This document shows positions 30,518 through 41,667 of a DNA stretch of 64,000 nucleotides, piece after piece. The position numbers and the translations under genes were made by a program. The notes beneath the pieces are model-generated. The model saw only the letters and a list, made by a program, of their open reading frames with translations. It did no database searches and was not told the origin of the DNA. This DNA comes from an uncultured delta proteobacterium (GTDB lineage: Bacteria > Desulfobacterota > Syntrophia > Syntrophales > UBA5619), in contig CAWFOM010000008.1 in assembly GCA_963817385.1 (NCBI GenBank), positions 32,001-96,000 on the forward strand, written 5' to 3'. Every line of letters begins with the position of its first letter. The stretch's first letter is position 1.

Positions 30518-30706
30518 TCAAGAACCCAGACCACCTGGGATCTGACCCTCATGGGCACCATGCTCCGGTCGTTTAGCAAGATTGACTAGTGCGCCGAAGG
30601 CGGTGTACTCCTTTTTCCACGGGAAATCAAAAACCCCAACCATCACCTCGCCGGTCGCGATCCCGATGCCGATGGATATCCTTCTGTGCACCTCAGCGAT
30701 GCTCAC
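30518..30706 (-). pseudogene. Class III adenylate/guanylate cyclase fragment
   Basis: IGIGIATGEVMVG...EYTAFGALVNLAKRPE..A..GQI is the C-terminal half of the cyclase domain only. Confidence 0.7.
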
Positions 30707-30824
30707 GTTGATCCGAGCAATCCCCTCCAGCCGAAAAGAGGCGGGAAATCACGCCGGCCCGGGTAATCCGGCATAGGAAGTGTGATAGAGGCCGCTGAGG
30801 TAGAGATCCGCGGATCAGCGGCTC

Positions 30825-31418
30825 TCAAAAGACGAAGACAGCGACGGCGATGACGGTGGTGTACCCGTGCGACTGAACGATGCTTGACTGCGTGATGTTC
30901 CGGGTGCTGACGATCTTTCCGCTGATCTTGAAGATCTCCTTCTTTTCATCCCAACTCTCGTCGATATCGAAATCGATACCGAGGGTCGAGGCGAGCATGG
31001 CGGCGGCCAGGTCCTCCGCATAATCCCCCGCCTGACGCTGGGTCTGGCCGAAGGAGTGGTGTTCGCTGATGTAGCCGTAGGTCCGCTTGTCGGCGGGCAC
31101 GGCGCACCCTACGGAGGCAGCGAGCAGGCGCCGCGGTTCATTGCTGCAGCAACGGCTGAGAACGCAATAGGTGATCGCGCCGGCATGCAGCTCTTTGAGG
31201 CCCCGAGCCCGGGAAATCACCTGGCAGCCGGGAGGCATGATGCTCGATACCTGGACCAGATTGCATTTTTCGATGCCGGCGGCCCGCAGCGCCAGCTCGA
31301 AGGAATGGAGTTCCTCCTTGTGGATCCCTACGCCCTTGGTGAAAAACATCTTCTTGGGTACATAAACAGACAATGGTTTCTTCTCCTCAACCGGCAGCGG
31401 CCCGGACCGGTCGTTCAT
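30825..31418 (-). CDS. pdaD: Pyruvoyl-dependent arginine decarboxylase
   Basis: SFELALRAAGIEKCNLVQVSSI autocleavage site, GYISEH; adjacent to agmatinase. Confidence 0.9.
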   Translation of the reverse strand: MNDRSGPLPVEEKKPLSVYVPKKMFFTKGVGIHKEELHSFELALRAAGIEKCNLVQVSSIMPPGCQVISRARGLKELHAGAITYCVLSRCCSNEPRRLLAASVGCAVPADKRTYGYISEHHSFGQTQRQAGDYAEDLAAAMLASTLGIDFDIDESWDEKKEIFKISGKIVSTRNITQSSIVQSHGYTTVIAVAVFVF

Positions 31419-31457
31419 TTTTTTTGTCCCGGCAGGTGAAAATATCTTTATGGAAGA

Positions 31458-32312
31458 TCAAGGCGTCGCCGACAAATAGCCCATGATCCGGTAGATCAGC
31501 TTGGACGCCAGAAAATCGGGGGCGACCATCCCCGGGATGGGGGCAAGCTCCACGATATCAAATCCCCGTATCCGGCAGCGGTTCGACACCTCGCGGATCA
31601 GACGGATCACGTCCCTCCATGCGATTCCGCCCGGCTCCGGCGTCCCCGTGGCCGGCATGACGGCAGGATCGAGGACATCGAGATCCACCGTGAGGTAGAG
31701 ATCCCCATGCAGATCGTTTACGATCGTTTCACACCAGGAGCGGTTTTCGAGGATGAAGTCCGCCGAATAATTCTTCACTAGGCTTGCGGTCAGAAATTCC
31801 GCCTCCTCCATGCTCATACTCCGGATTCCCGCCTGGATGAGCGGACAGATCTCGCAGATGCGGCGGGCAACGGCGGCGTGGCTGAACGGGGTTCCCTGGT
31901 ACGTATCCCTCAGATCCGCATGGGCATCGAGTTGCAGGACGGTGATCTTCGGAAACGCCTCCCGCATCGCCTTTACCGCGCCGAACGAGATGCTGTGTTC
32001 GCCGCCGATCATCACCGGGATCTTCCCGTCGGCCGCGACGCCAGAGATGGTCCGACGGACGACTTCCATCATTTCAGCCGGCCCCCGCGCATCCGCATCA
32101 AGGGAGGGCAGGGTATGGATGCCGGATAAAAAGGTCTCCTTCCGGAGTTCCTCATCGTAAAGCTCCATGTTGGCGGAGGCTTCGAGAATCGCCCCCGGTC
32201 CCCGCCGCGACCCTGACTGGTAGGTCGATGTCAGGTCGTAAGGAACGGGTACAACGACAAACTTCGCCTGTTCATATGCCGTGTACGCCTTTTCTATACC
32301 ACCGTAATCCAT
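31458..32312 (-). CDS. speB: Agmatinase
   Basis: GGEHS, DAHADL, DLDVLDP, TGTPEPGG, DIVELAP. Confidence 0.93.
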   Translation of the reverse strand: MDYGGIEKAYTAYEQAKFVVVPVPYDLTSTYQSGSRRGPGAILEASANMELYDEELRKETFLSGIHTLPSLDADARGPAEMMEVVRRTISGVAADGKIPVMIGGEHSISFGAVKAMREAFPKITVLQLDAHADLRDTYQGTPFSHAAVARRICEICPLIQAGIRSMSMEEAEFLTASLVKNYSADFILENRSWCETIVNDLHGDLYLTVDLDVLDPAVMPATGTPEPGGIAWRDVIRLIREVSNRCRIRGFDIVELAPIPGMVAPDFLASKLIYRIMGYLSATP

Positions 32313-32385
32313 GATCCGTTTCCTAAAAAACAAGAGCGCGCTTTTAACATACCGCGAAGCCCTTGTCCAATTTTTTATGTTGTAT

Positions 32386-32703
32386 CTATTCAGGTGGCGG
32401 GATTTTCTTTCCGTCCGCTTCGAGGTAAGGGGGATTTTCCGTCGCCTTCATCTCGCGGCGGAGATCCCGGATCGTCTTGTTCAAACGGCTGATCGTCCGG
32501 GTAAGACGGAACCTCTCCACGATACCCATGAATCCCGCGAAGATCACCCCGGTCAGAAAGGTGATGAAGATCAGCATGTAGGTCGGGAGCCACCGTTCGA
32601 AGTAGTCGTAGTAGCGGAGCCGGATTGGCACCGTATTTTCCAGCGAAAATGTAATGATGAAGATCACGATCAACGCCAGGACAATGGTATAAATGATTTT
32701 CAT
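32386..32703 (-). CDS. LapA (DUF1049) family membrane protein
   Basis: Two TMs with FSLEN motif and basic coiled-coil tail. Confidence 0.75.
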   Translation of the reverse strand: MKIIYTIVLALIVIFIITFSLENTVPIRLRYYDYFERWLPTYMLIFITFLTGVIFAGFMGIVERFRLTRTISRLNKTIRDLRREMKATENPPYLEADGKKIPPPE

Positions 32704-33191
32704 CCGCCAACCTCCCGCTGAAATTTCTCAAAAATTGGTCTGAGCTGCCCGGCGGTTCCCGCCACATCCTCGGGGATGACACGGACCTCCCCGATGATGC
32801 TGATGAAGTTGGTGTCGCCAATCCATCTCGGTACGACGTGGATATGCAGATGATCATCGATCCCCGCCCCCGCAGCCTTTCCCAGATTCATGCCGATGTT
32901 GAACCCCTCCGGGTTCATCGCCTCCTTCAAGACCCGAACGGAGAGATCCTGGAAGGCGAAGAGCTCCAGTCTCTCTTCAGTCGTCAGATCCTCAAGGCGG
33001 CAGATATGGCGGTGGGGAACGATCATCAGGTGGCCGCCCGTATAGGGATAGCGGTTCATCATGACAAACGCGCTCTTCCCCTCGCAGACGACCAGTTCAT
33101 CTCCCCGGAGCGAATCACGGCAGAGAACACAGCCTGCCGTCTTTCCGGATCGGATGTAGGCCATGCGCCAAGGCGCAAAGATCGTGTCCAT
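32700..33191 (-). CDS. HIT family protein (Ap4A phosphorylase-like)
   Basis: APWRMAYI, NRYPY, GFNIGMNLGKAAGAGI, HLHIHVVPRW. Confidence 0.92.
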   Translation of the reverse strand: MDTIFAPWRMAYIRSGKTAGCVLCRDSLRGDELVVCEGKSAFVMMNRYPYTGGHLMIVPHRHICRLEDLTTEERLELFAFQDLSVRVLKEAMNPEGFNIGMNLGKAAGAGIDDHLHIHVVPRWIGDTNFISIIGEVRVIPEDVAGTAGQLRPIFEKFQREVGG

Positions 33192-33208
33192 CGCTTATGT
33201 CCCCAAAT

Positions 33209-33352
33209 AATCGGTTATCCCGCACCTCGATGATCTCCCCGGCAATCGCCTCTCCGCCGGGAAGATTGCCAATCGGGTGAACGGGATAAACCGATTGCTG
33301 ACGGTCGAAACGGGAGAGTCATGGCATTCACCTCCCTTTCCACGATCGACCG
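33209..33352 (-). promoter_or_regulatory. Structured 5' leader (two long hairpins) containing a 35-codon uORF (33322-33215)
   Basis: Stems 33209-33222/33282-33296 and 33302-33308/33346-33352; GGAGGTG Shine-Dalgarno before ATG 33322. Confidence 0.5.
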
Positions 33353-33424
33353 ATGGCGCATACATGAACGAGTATCGCAATTCCCCCACCCTCCATCCGG
33401 ATTTCCTTTCGCAGTCGGCATGTG

Positions 33425-33452
33425 ATTATAGCGACGCGCATCAAAAAGACAA
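33425..33452 (-). promoter_or_regulatory. Sigma70 promoter for the HIT-lapA transcript
   Basis: TTGTCT-16 nt-TATAAT. Confidence 0.55.
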
Positions 33453-33547
33453 GGATTATTTCGGGCCTGCCCGCGCCGGCCACGGTTTCGATTTGACTTT
33501 CTGCACATGTACGGTTAGGATAGCGTGCCACAGTCACATAAGGAGTA

Positions 33548-36134
<2,587 letters not shown>

Positions 36135-36232
36135 TTCCCCCTTGAATCCCCTAGTCCATCTTGATGACAGGAAAGACCAGGAGACAGATGATCCCCCGGC
36201 ATCATGGCCGGGGCGTCTCCCTTCCCTTTGCC

Positions 36233-37414
36233 TTACCGGAACTCCTTGAGGACTTCTCCAAACCCTTCAATGGCGCCGAGGATCGTGGCATCGTCGACGC
36301 AATAGGCGATCCGGATGTGGCCGGGACCGCAGAACCCGCTCCCGGGGACGGTCAGGATCCGCCGCCCTTGGAGTGCGTCCGCAAAGCGGACGTCGTCCGC
36401 GATAGGAGTCCGGGTGAAGAGGTAAAAGGCCCCGTCGGGCTTGGTCACCCGGTAGCCGACGGATGCGAGTCCGTCGCAGAGGAGGTCGCGCTTCCGTCGA
36501 TAGGTATCCACATCGACCTTCACCCCCTGGAGACCGGCGATGGCGCGCTGCATCAAGGCGGGGGCATTCACAAAGCCGAGGATCCTGTTGCAGAGGGTAA
36601 GGCCTCCCATGATCTCATCGAGGGCGGCAATGGCCTGATTTACCGCGATATACCCGATCCTCTCGCCGGGAAGAGAAAGGCTCTTTGAGAAGGAGGAAGC
36701 GATGAAGCTGTGGGGGTAGGCGGCCAGTACGCTCGGCACGGTCAACCCATCATAAACGATCTCGCAGTACGGTTCATCGGAGATGATGTAGATTTCCCGT
36801 TTGAGCTCCACTCCCTTTTGGGTGAGGAGCGTTGCCAACCTGTCGATGCTTCCCTGATCGTATACCCTTCCCGTGGGGTTGTTCGGAGAATTGATCAGCA
36901 CTGCTTTAGTTTTCTCCGTAATAGCCCCGCTGATCTCGTCGAGATCGAGGGAAAAATCCTCCCGCGTCGGGACGATCCGTGCAACTCCACCCGCATTGTC
37001 CACATAGAAGCGGTACTCCACGAAGAATGGCGCCGGGATGATCACCTCTTCGCCGGGATCCAGAAGCGTCTTGAAGATCACATTGAGGGCACCTCCCGCC
37101 CCACAGGTCATTACGATCTGGTCTCCCGTAAGCGTCACCCTCCTTGAAGAACTCAATTCCGCCGCGACTGCCGCACGTGTCTCCGGATAGCCGGCATTCG
37201 GCATATACATATGCTTCCCGGGTATCTCAGCCGAGGCGAGCAGCCGGAGCCGCTCATTGAAGGCCTCCGGCGGGTCGAGATTCGGGTTCCCGAGACTGAA
37301 ATCAAATACATTACCCGCCCCATACCGTTCCTTTAGGCGCACCCCTTCTTCGAACATCTTTCTGATGAAGGAAGACTGGGAGATGAAGCCCTTTATCTTC
37401 TTTGCGATTGCCAT
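36233..37414 (-). CDS. PLP-dependent class I aminotransferase (aspartate aminotransferase-like)
   Basis: DFSLGNP, NSPNNPTG, SDEPY, SFSKSLSLPGERIG. Confidence 0.92.
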   Translation of the reverse strand: MAIAKKIKGFISQSSFIRKMFEEGVRLKERYGAGNVFDFSLGNPNLDPPEAFNERLRLLASAEIPGKHMYMPNAGYPETRAAVAAELSSSRRVTLTGDQIVMTCGAGGALNVIFKTLLDPGEEVIIPAPFFVEYRFYVDNAGGVARIVPTREDFSLDLDEISGAITEKTKAVLINSPNNPTGRVYDQGSIDRLATLLTQKGVELKREIYIISDEPYCEIVYDGLTVPSVLAAYPHSFIASSFSKSLSLPGERIGYIAVNQAIAALDEIMGGLTLCNRILGFVNAPALMQRAIAGLQGVKVDVDTYRRKRDLLCDGLASVGYRVTKPDGAFYLFTRTPIADDVRFADALQGRRILTVPGSGFCGPGHIRIAYCVDDATILGAIEGFGEVLKEFR

Positions 37415-37598
37415 AGGACACACCTTTCATTCAATATCCGTCAGTCATGGCCGATGGGAGCAGTCCGATCGTGGAGCGCGATTTTGAGTCTCACGGCCCG
37501 CCCCCTCTGTCAAGAAAAAATTGTTACGCCTTCTCATAATCTTCTGATCGGCGATGAATAGTGATGCCGGTAGATTGGTGGATATTACCTAATTCGCC

Positions 37599-37627
37599 TT
37601 GACACTTCGCGAGGATTCCCCTAATAT
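37599..37627 (+). promoter_or_regulatory. Sigma70 promoter of the FmdB-adk transcript
   Basis: TTGACA-17 nt-TAATAT. Confidence 0.65.
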
Positions 37628-37708
37628 CGCACACGTTGAAATCATGGGGCGATCTCCTGCCGGAGAGCAACGAGAAGGTGATCGTCTCATCAAAAAGAGG
37701 TTCAAATC

Positions 37709-37930
37709 ATGCCGATTTATGAGTACCGCTGCCGCAAGTGCGGCGAGGACTTTGAGGTCCTCTTCCGAAACCGCGACGAAGAGATGTGCGTTACCTGCCC
37801 GAAATGCAAATCGACCAGAACGCAGCGGCTCATGTCCGCTTTTGCCGGAAAGATCGGAAATACCGCCGGCGGCGATGCATCCTGCGGGAGTTGTGCGGCG
37901 ACGAGTTGCGGCCCCTCCTGAGGGCATTGA
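37709..37930 (+). CDS. FmdB-family zinc-ribbon protein, probable selenoprotein (UGA 37919-37921 read as Sec; ends at 37921 if not)
   Basis: MPIYEYRCRKCG...CPKC; tail CGSC-AATS-CGPS-(TGA)-GH-TGA; SECIS-like hairpin downstream. Confidence 0.85.
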
Positions 37931-37935
37931 CCCTG

Positions 37936-37954
37936 TCACGGCCGTGGGCCGTGA
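37936..37954 (+). promoter_or_regulatory. Putative bacterial SECIS hairpin
   Basis: TCACGGCC-GTG-GGCCGTGA; loop G and U lie at +23 and +24 from the UGA. Confidence 0.6.
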
Positions 37955-37998
37955 AAACTCTTCATTTCCCTGTTCCCCTTGCGAAGGAGATTGCACCC

Positions 37999-38673
37999 AT
38001 GAACATTCTGATCTTCGGACCCAACGGAAGCGGCAAAGGAACCCAAGGAGCGGTGGTACAAAAGAAGTACGGCATACCCCTCATCGAGACCGGAGTAATC
38101 TTCAGGGATAACATGAAGAAGGGAACGGAGCTTGGCAAGAAGGCTAAGGTATTTATCGACCGCGGCGAGCTCGTCCCCGACGATGTCACCATCCCCATGA
38201 TCCTGAGCCGCCTCCAGGAGGCCGACTGCAAAAACGGTTGGCTCCTGGACGGATTCCCCCGGAACCTCGCCCAGGCCGAGGCTCTCGGAAATGCCCTGGA
38301 AAAGGCGGGGATGAAACTTGATTATGTTATCGAAATCAAACTCGACCGCGCGATCGCGAAAAAAAGGATCATGGGGCGGCGGCTCTGCGGAGTGGATAAC
38401 AACCATCCGAACAACATCTATATCGAAGCCATCAAGCCGGCGATGAAGAACGGAAAGATGGTCTGCCGCGTCTGCGGCTCCGAGACGCTGACCACCAGGG
38501 CCGATGATCAGGACGAGGCGGCAATCGACAAACGGCACGGCATCTACTACGATACAACAACGGGAACCCTTGCCGCCGTCAATTACTTCAGGCAACGGGC
38601 CGAACTCCTGGAGGTCGATGGCACCCCCGGTGTAAATGAGGTCTCCCAAGCCCTGTTGGCACAACTTACGTAG
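37999..38673 (+). CDS. adk: Adenylate kinase (metal-binding LID)
   Basis: GPNGSGKGTQ, LLDGFPR, LID C-x5-H...C-x2-C. Confidence 0.95.
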   Translation: MNILIFGPNGSGKGTQGAVVQKKYGIPLIETGVIFRDNMKKGTELGKKAKVFIDRGELVPDDVTIPMILSRLQEADCKNGWLLDGFPRNLAQAEALGNALEKAGMKLDYVIEIKLDRAIAKKRIMGRRLCGVDNNHPNNIYIEAIKPAMKNGKMVCRVCGSETLTTRADDQDEAAIDKRHGIYYDTTTGTLAAVNYFRQRAELLEVDGTPGVNEVSQALLAQLT

Positions 38674-38726
38674 ACATATTCCCCGCAACCGACGAAGCGG
38701 TCTTTCCCAGGGATTATCCTCGTGAT

Positions 38727-39887
38727 TCACGGCCTTTTTTGCAATTTCTTGATAAAACTGCCTGGATACAAATCCTTTATTTTTTTTATCGTAAAGTAAT
38801 TCAACGCCTCGTTTTCCGTTTTAAAGTTTCCCAATAGTATGCGATGCCAGACGCCGCTTCCTTCTAAAAGGGCCGTTTCGATATGTATCCCCGGTTCATT
38901 CTTTTGCAAATCGTCCGCAAACGCCCGAGCGTCCTGCCAATCGCGGAAGGCTTTAATCTGTATACTATATCTCCTCTCTGTGTCAGAGGTGATTTTCGTG
39001 GCGTTCGGCGGATTTGGCGGAGCCTTGATGTAACCGGGCGGCGACGGCATGTTGCCCGTGTCGGGGTATGAATCGGCCGGCGACATGATGGTCTTCTGTT
39101 TCAGCAGGGTTTCACTTCGATGGGGAGACGGTGGCCCCGCATTGCCTTCTGCAGGATCAACGGCAGGCAACGGCAACACGGCGATTGCGGGTGGCGTAAT
39201 GACGGAATGAGTTGGAAACGGCAGGGAATTGCCGACCTGCTGTGACTCCGTATCCTCGGGAATGGGGGAATTGAGCCACACCTTTCCATCGAAGTAGGCA
39301 AGATGAGAAGTCAATCTGTTGATTCTCAAAGAGTAGAGCTTGTTCCCGACTTTCAGGGAATCGTAATGGTAGAGAGTAGGCCATACGAGGAACATGAAGA
39401 TAATCACAACCATTGTCGCCGCGCTGCCGATAGGCCATGAATATCTCCGAAATACTGAATATCTTGCGGCAGTCGATGTTCTATCGTCCCCTATCCCGTC
39501 TCGTTGTAATTCAGATAAGGCCTCCCCGGAAACAGCCGGAGATTGATGTCTTGATGCATTTGGCCGTAAAGTCAAAATATCTTCGTATGTATTCGCAATT
39601 TCGTTCAACCTTTCCGCTAGTTTATCTTGACCCAGAGGCTGTTGATAACGATTACCCGATGAGACTTTCTGGTATTTCTTATTGGACTGTGGGATAGTTG
39701 ATGGAGCAGCCGAAGGGGGGATTGGCGCACTTGCAAATCCGGGGGGAAGATCCTTGCTCTGTTCTCCGGAAGACTCCGCCTGATCAAGCTGGGCGACATG
39801 GCAATAGAGAGATTCCAACTCCTCCGCAAGGCCATGATCGTCATGGTTTTCAGGTTCATTTTCTTGTCCGGTTACGCTCTTCTCCAT
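38727..39887 (-). CDS. Bitopic membrane protein with Pro-rich linker and C-terminal SPOR domain
   Basis: Central TM; YSIQIKAF..A....L...WHRILLGNF SPOR pattern. Confidence 0.75.
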   Translation of the reverse strand: MEKSVTGQENEPENHDDHGLAEELESLYCHVAQLDQAESSGEQSKDLPPGFASAPIPPSAAPSTIPQSNKKYQKVSSGNRYQQPLGQDKLAERLNEIANTYEDILTLRPNASRHQSPAVSGEALSELQRDGIGDDRTSTAARYSVFRRYSWPIGSAATMVVIIFMFLVWPTLYHYDSLKVGNKLYSLRINRLTSHLAYFDGKVWLNSPIPEDTESQQVGNSLPFPTHSVITPPAIAVLPLPAVDPAEGNAGPPSPHRSETLLKQKTIMSPADSYPDTGNMPSPPGYIKAPPNPPNATKITSDTERRYSIQIKAFRDWQDARAFADDLQKNEPGIHIETALLEGSGVWHRILLGNFKTENEALNYFTIKKIKDLYPGSFIKKLQKRP

Positions 39888-39892
39888 AATCT

Positions 39893-40552
39893 TTACAATT
39901 CACTGCCTGCTTTCCAATGTCTCATATAGGCCTGAATGATGACGTTTGTATCAAGTTGAAGGCACTGCGCATACAACTTCAAAAAACTTTTTAGATAGAC
40001 GTCGGGGGGGAAATGTTCGGACCGGTCCTCTTCAATGGCTTCCAGTATGGTAATCGTTACTTTTGTCTCCAGGGCGATCCGCTCCAGAGGCACCCCAAGC
40101 ACCATTCGTATTTTTTTCAAGTCCTGACCGGACAGACGGTCCTGCCTCAGGATCTCTTGAATTACCGAATTTTCCGAAACGAGGGTTTTATCCACACCCG
40201 GCACCTTCGGCAGCCAGTGATGCTGCAGACCCTTTCGCTGGATGGTATACAGCGGAATCCGCACTTTCGATTTATCACGGTACTGTTCACCTTCTTCCAT
40301 GACGCCTAATTCCATTAACGTACGATCATAGGCCGTCCTGGATTCGGGATTGATCAGGGTCAAATAGGCCGCTTCCAGCCGGGAAAGGATTTCCCTTCGT
40401 TCGGTATCCGAAAAAAAAGCTGACGCCGCCATGCTATCATCCTGATAGAGTTCAAAAGCCTCCAGGTACGCATGATGTATTTCATATGGCGATGCGCCGC
40501 TGGAAATTTCAAGGATTTGATAATGGGTTTGCTTCTGATCGGGTTTCATCAT
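39893..40552 (-). CDS. J-like domain plus RodZ-type HTH protein
   Basis: HYQILEIS..AS..EIHHAY...AYLTL..PESRTAYD (HPD replaced by QDD); LKKIR...LEAIEE....FPPDVYLKSFLKLYA. Confidence 0.8.
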   Translation of the reverse strand: MMKPDQKQTHYQILEISSGASPYEIHHAYLEAFELYQDDSMAASAFFSDTERREILSRLEAAYLTLINPESRTAYDRTLMELGVMEEGEQYRDKSKVRIPLYTIQRKGLQHHWLPKVPGVDKTLVSENSVIQEILRQDRLSGQDLKKIRMVLGVPLERIALETKVTITILEAIEEDRSEHFPPDVYLKSFLKLYAQCLQLDTNVIIQAYMRHWKAGSEL

Positions 40553-40561
40553 CAAACCGAA

Positions 40562-41509
40562 CTAGGATGCCCCTGAGAAAATCTGATGAGCGGCATACGG
40601 GATTTCAGCGGGTTTATGATTTAACGTCATTGAATTCTTAAAGCAGTTCCGAAGATCGAGGGCAGTCCGGGTATACGGGTACAGGTCGAGAAAGGGACGT
40701 TTTTTACAGATGGAATGATGAACATGATCGTCAAAGGCGACGGTGCCGAGAAATTGCATTTTCAAGGTGAGATGCTTGTCGATGATCTTACAGATGAATT
40801 TCCCGATGTTGGGATTATCCTGTTTGCGGTGCTGATTAACCAGGAGGGCAAACTCCAAAGCGCTTAACTCCTGTTCCAGAATCTCTCCTTTTTCCGGATC
40901 CAGTTCTTTGATGACTGAGAGCAACAAATCAGGGTTGGTCACGGTGGCTTTACTGTTCCGCTCTTCCGCCTCCATAACCAATTCTCTGAAATGGTGAACG
41001 GTAAGCACCTGCCTTATTTTGCGGAAATAGACGGAACGGATAAGCCGATAGATATTTTCCGTGGCCGTCGGTTCCGGCGTCGTTATGAAGATGCCCGAAT
41101 TGGAAATCAGGAAAAAGTCAATCGTGTTAAAGGATGTACCCGCACCAAGATCCAGCAGGATGTATTCATAGGGAAGCTTGACAACCTCCCTCATGATCTT
41201 CATTTTTTGTTCATGAGCCAAATTGGCGATATCCAGATTGTTCATCGCTCCGCTGATCAGAAAGAGATTGGGCGTTGGCGTAAGGACAATCGTTTCGCAC
41301 AGTGAGCTGACCCGTTTATTGATAAAATCGGAGAGACTCTTTTCCGGGTTTGGAGCGCCAATCGTCGTATGGAGGTTAGCGGCCCCAAGATCAAGGTCTA
41401 TCAGCAGGGTTTTGTAACCCTCTCTGGCAAGGAGCATACCGAGGGAGCCCGTGACAAAGCTCTTTCCGGTGCCGCCTTTACCTCCTCCGATGGGCCAAAT
41501 CCGCACCAT
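40562..41509 (-). CDS. MinD/FlhG-like ParA-family ATPase
   Basis: Deviant Walker A GGKGGTGKS, IDLDLGAANLH, LDLGAGT, TTPEPTA. Confidence 0.88.
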   Translation of the reverse strand: MVRIWPIGGGKGGTGKSFVTGSLGMLLAREGYKTLLIDLDLGAANLHTTIGAPNPEKSLSDFINKRVSSLCETIVLTPTPNLFLISGAMNNLDIANLAHEQKMKIMREVVKLPYEYILLDLGAGTSFNTIDFFLISNSGIFITTPEPTATENIYRLIRSVYFRKIRQVLTVHHFRELVMEAEERNSKATVTNPDLLLSVIKELDPEKGEILEQELSALEFALLVNQHRKQDNPNIGKFICKIIDKHLTLKMQFLGTVAFDDHVHHSICKKRPFLDLYPYTRTALDLRNCFKNSMTLNHKPAEIPYAAHQIFSGAS

Positions 41510-41667
41510 AGACCACCCCTGATCGGATGTTTAATCTTTGATTCTCTTATTTTATCGGTCATTATCAGGATAAACCCCTTTATTGTCAATGGAAAATATG
41601 AGACATCTTTTCCGGATTTACTAACCTCTGCAAGCATGGTAAAGTGCGCGAAAAACGGTAAGGAAAA

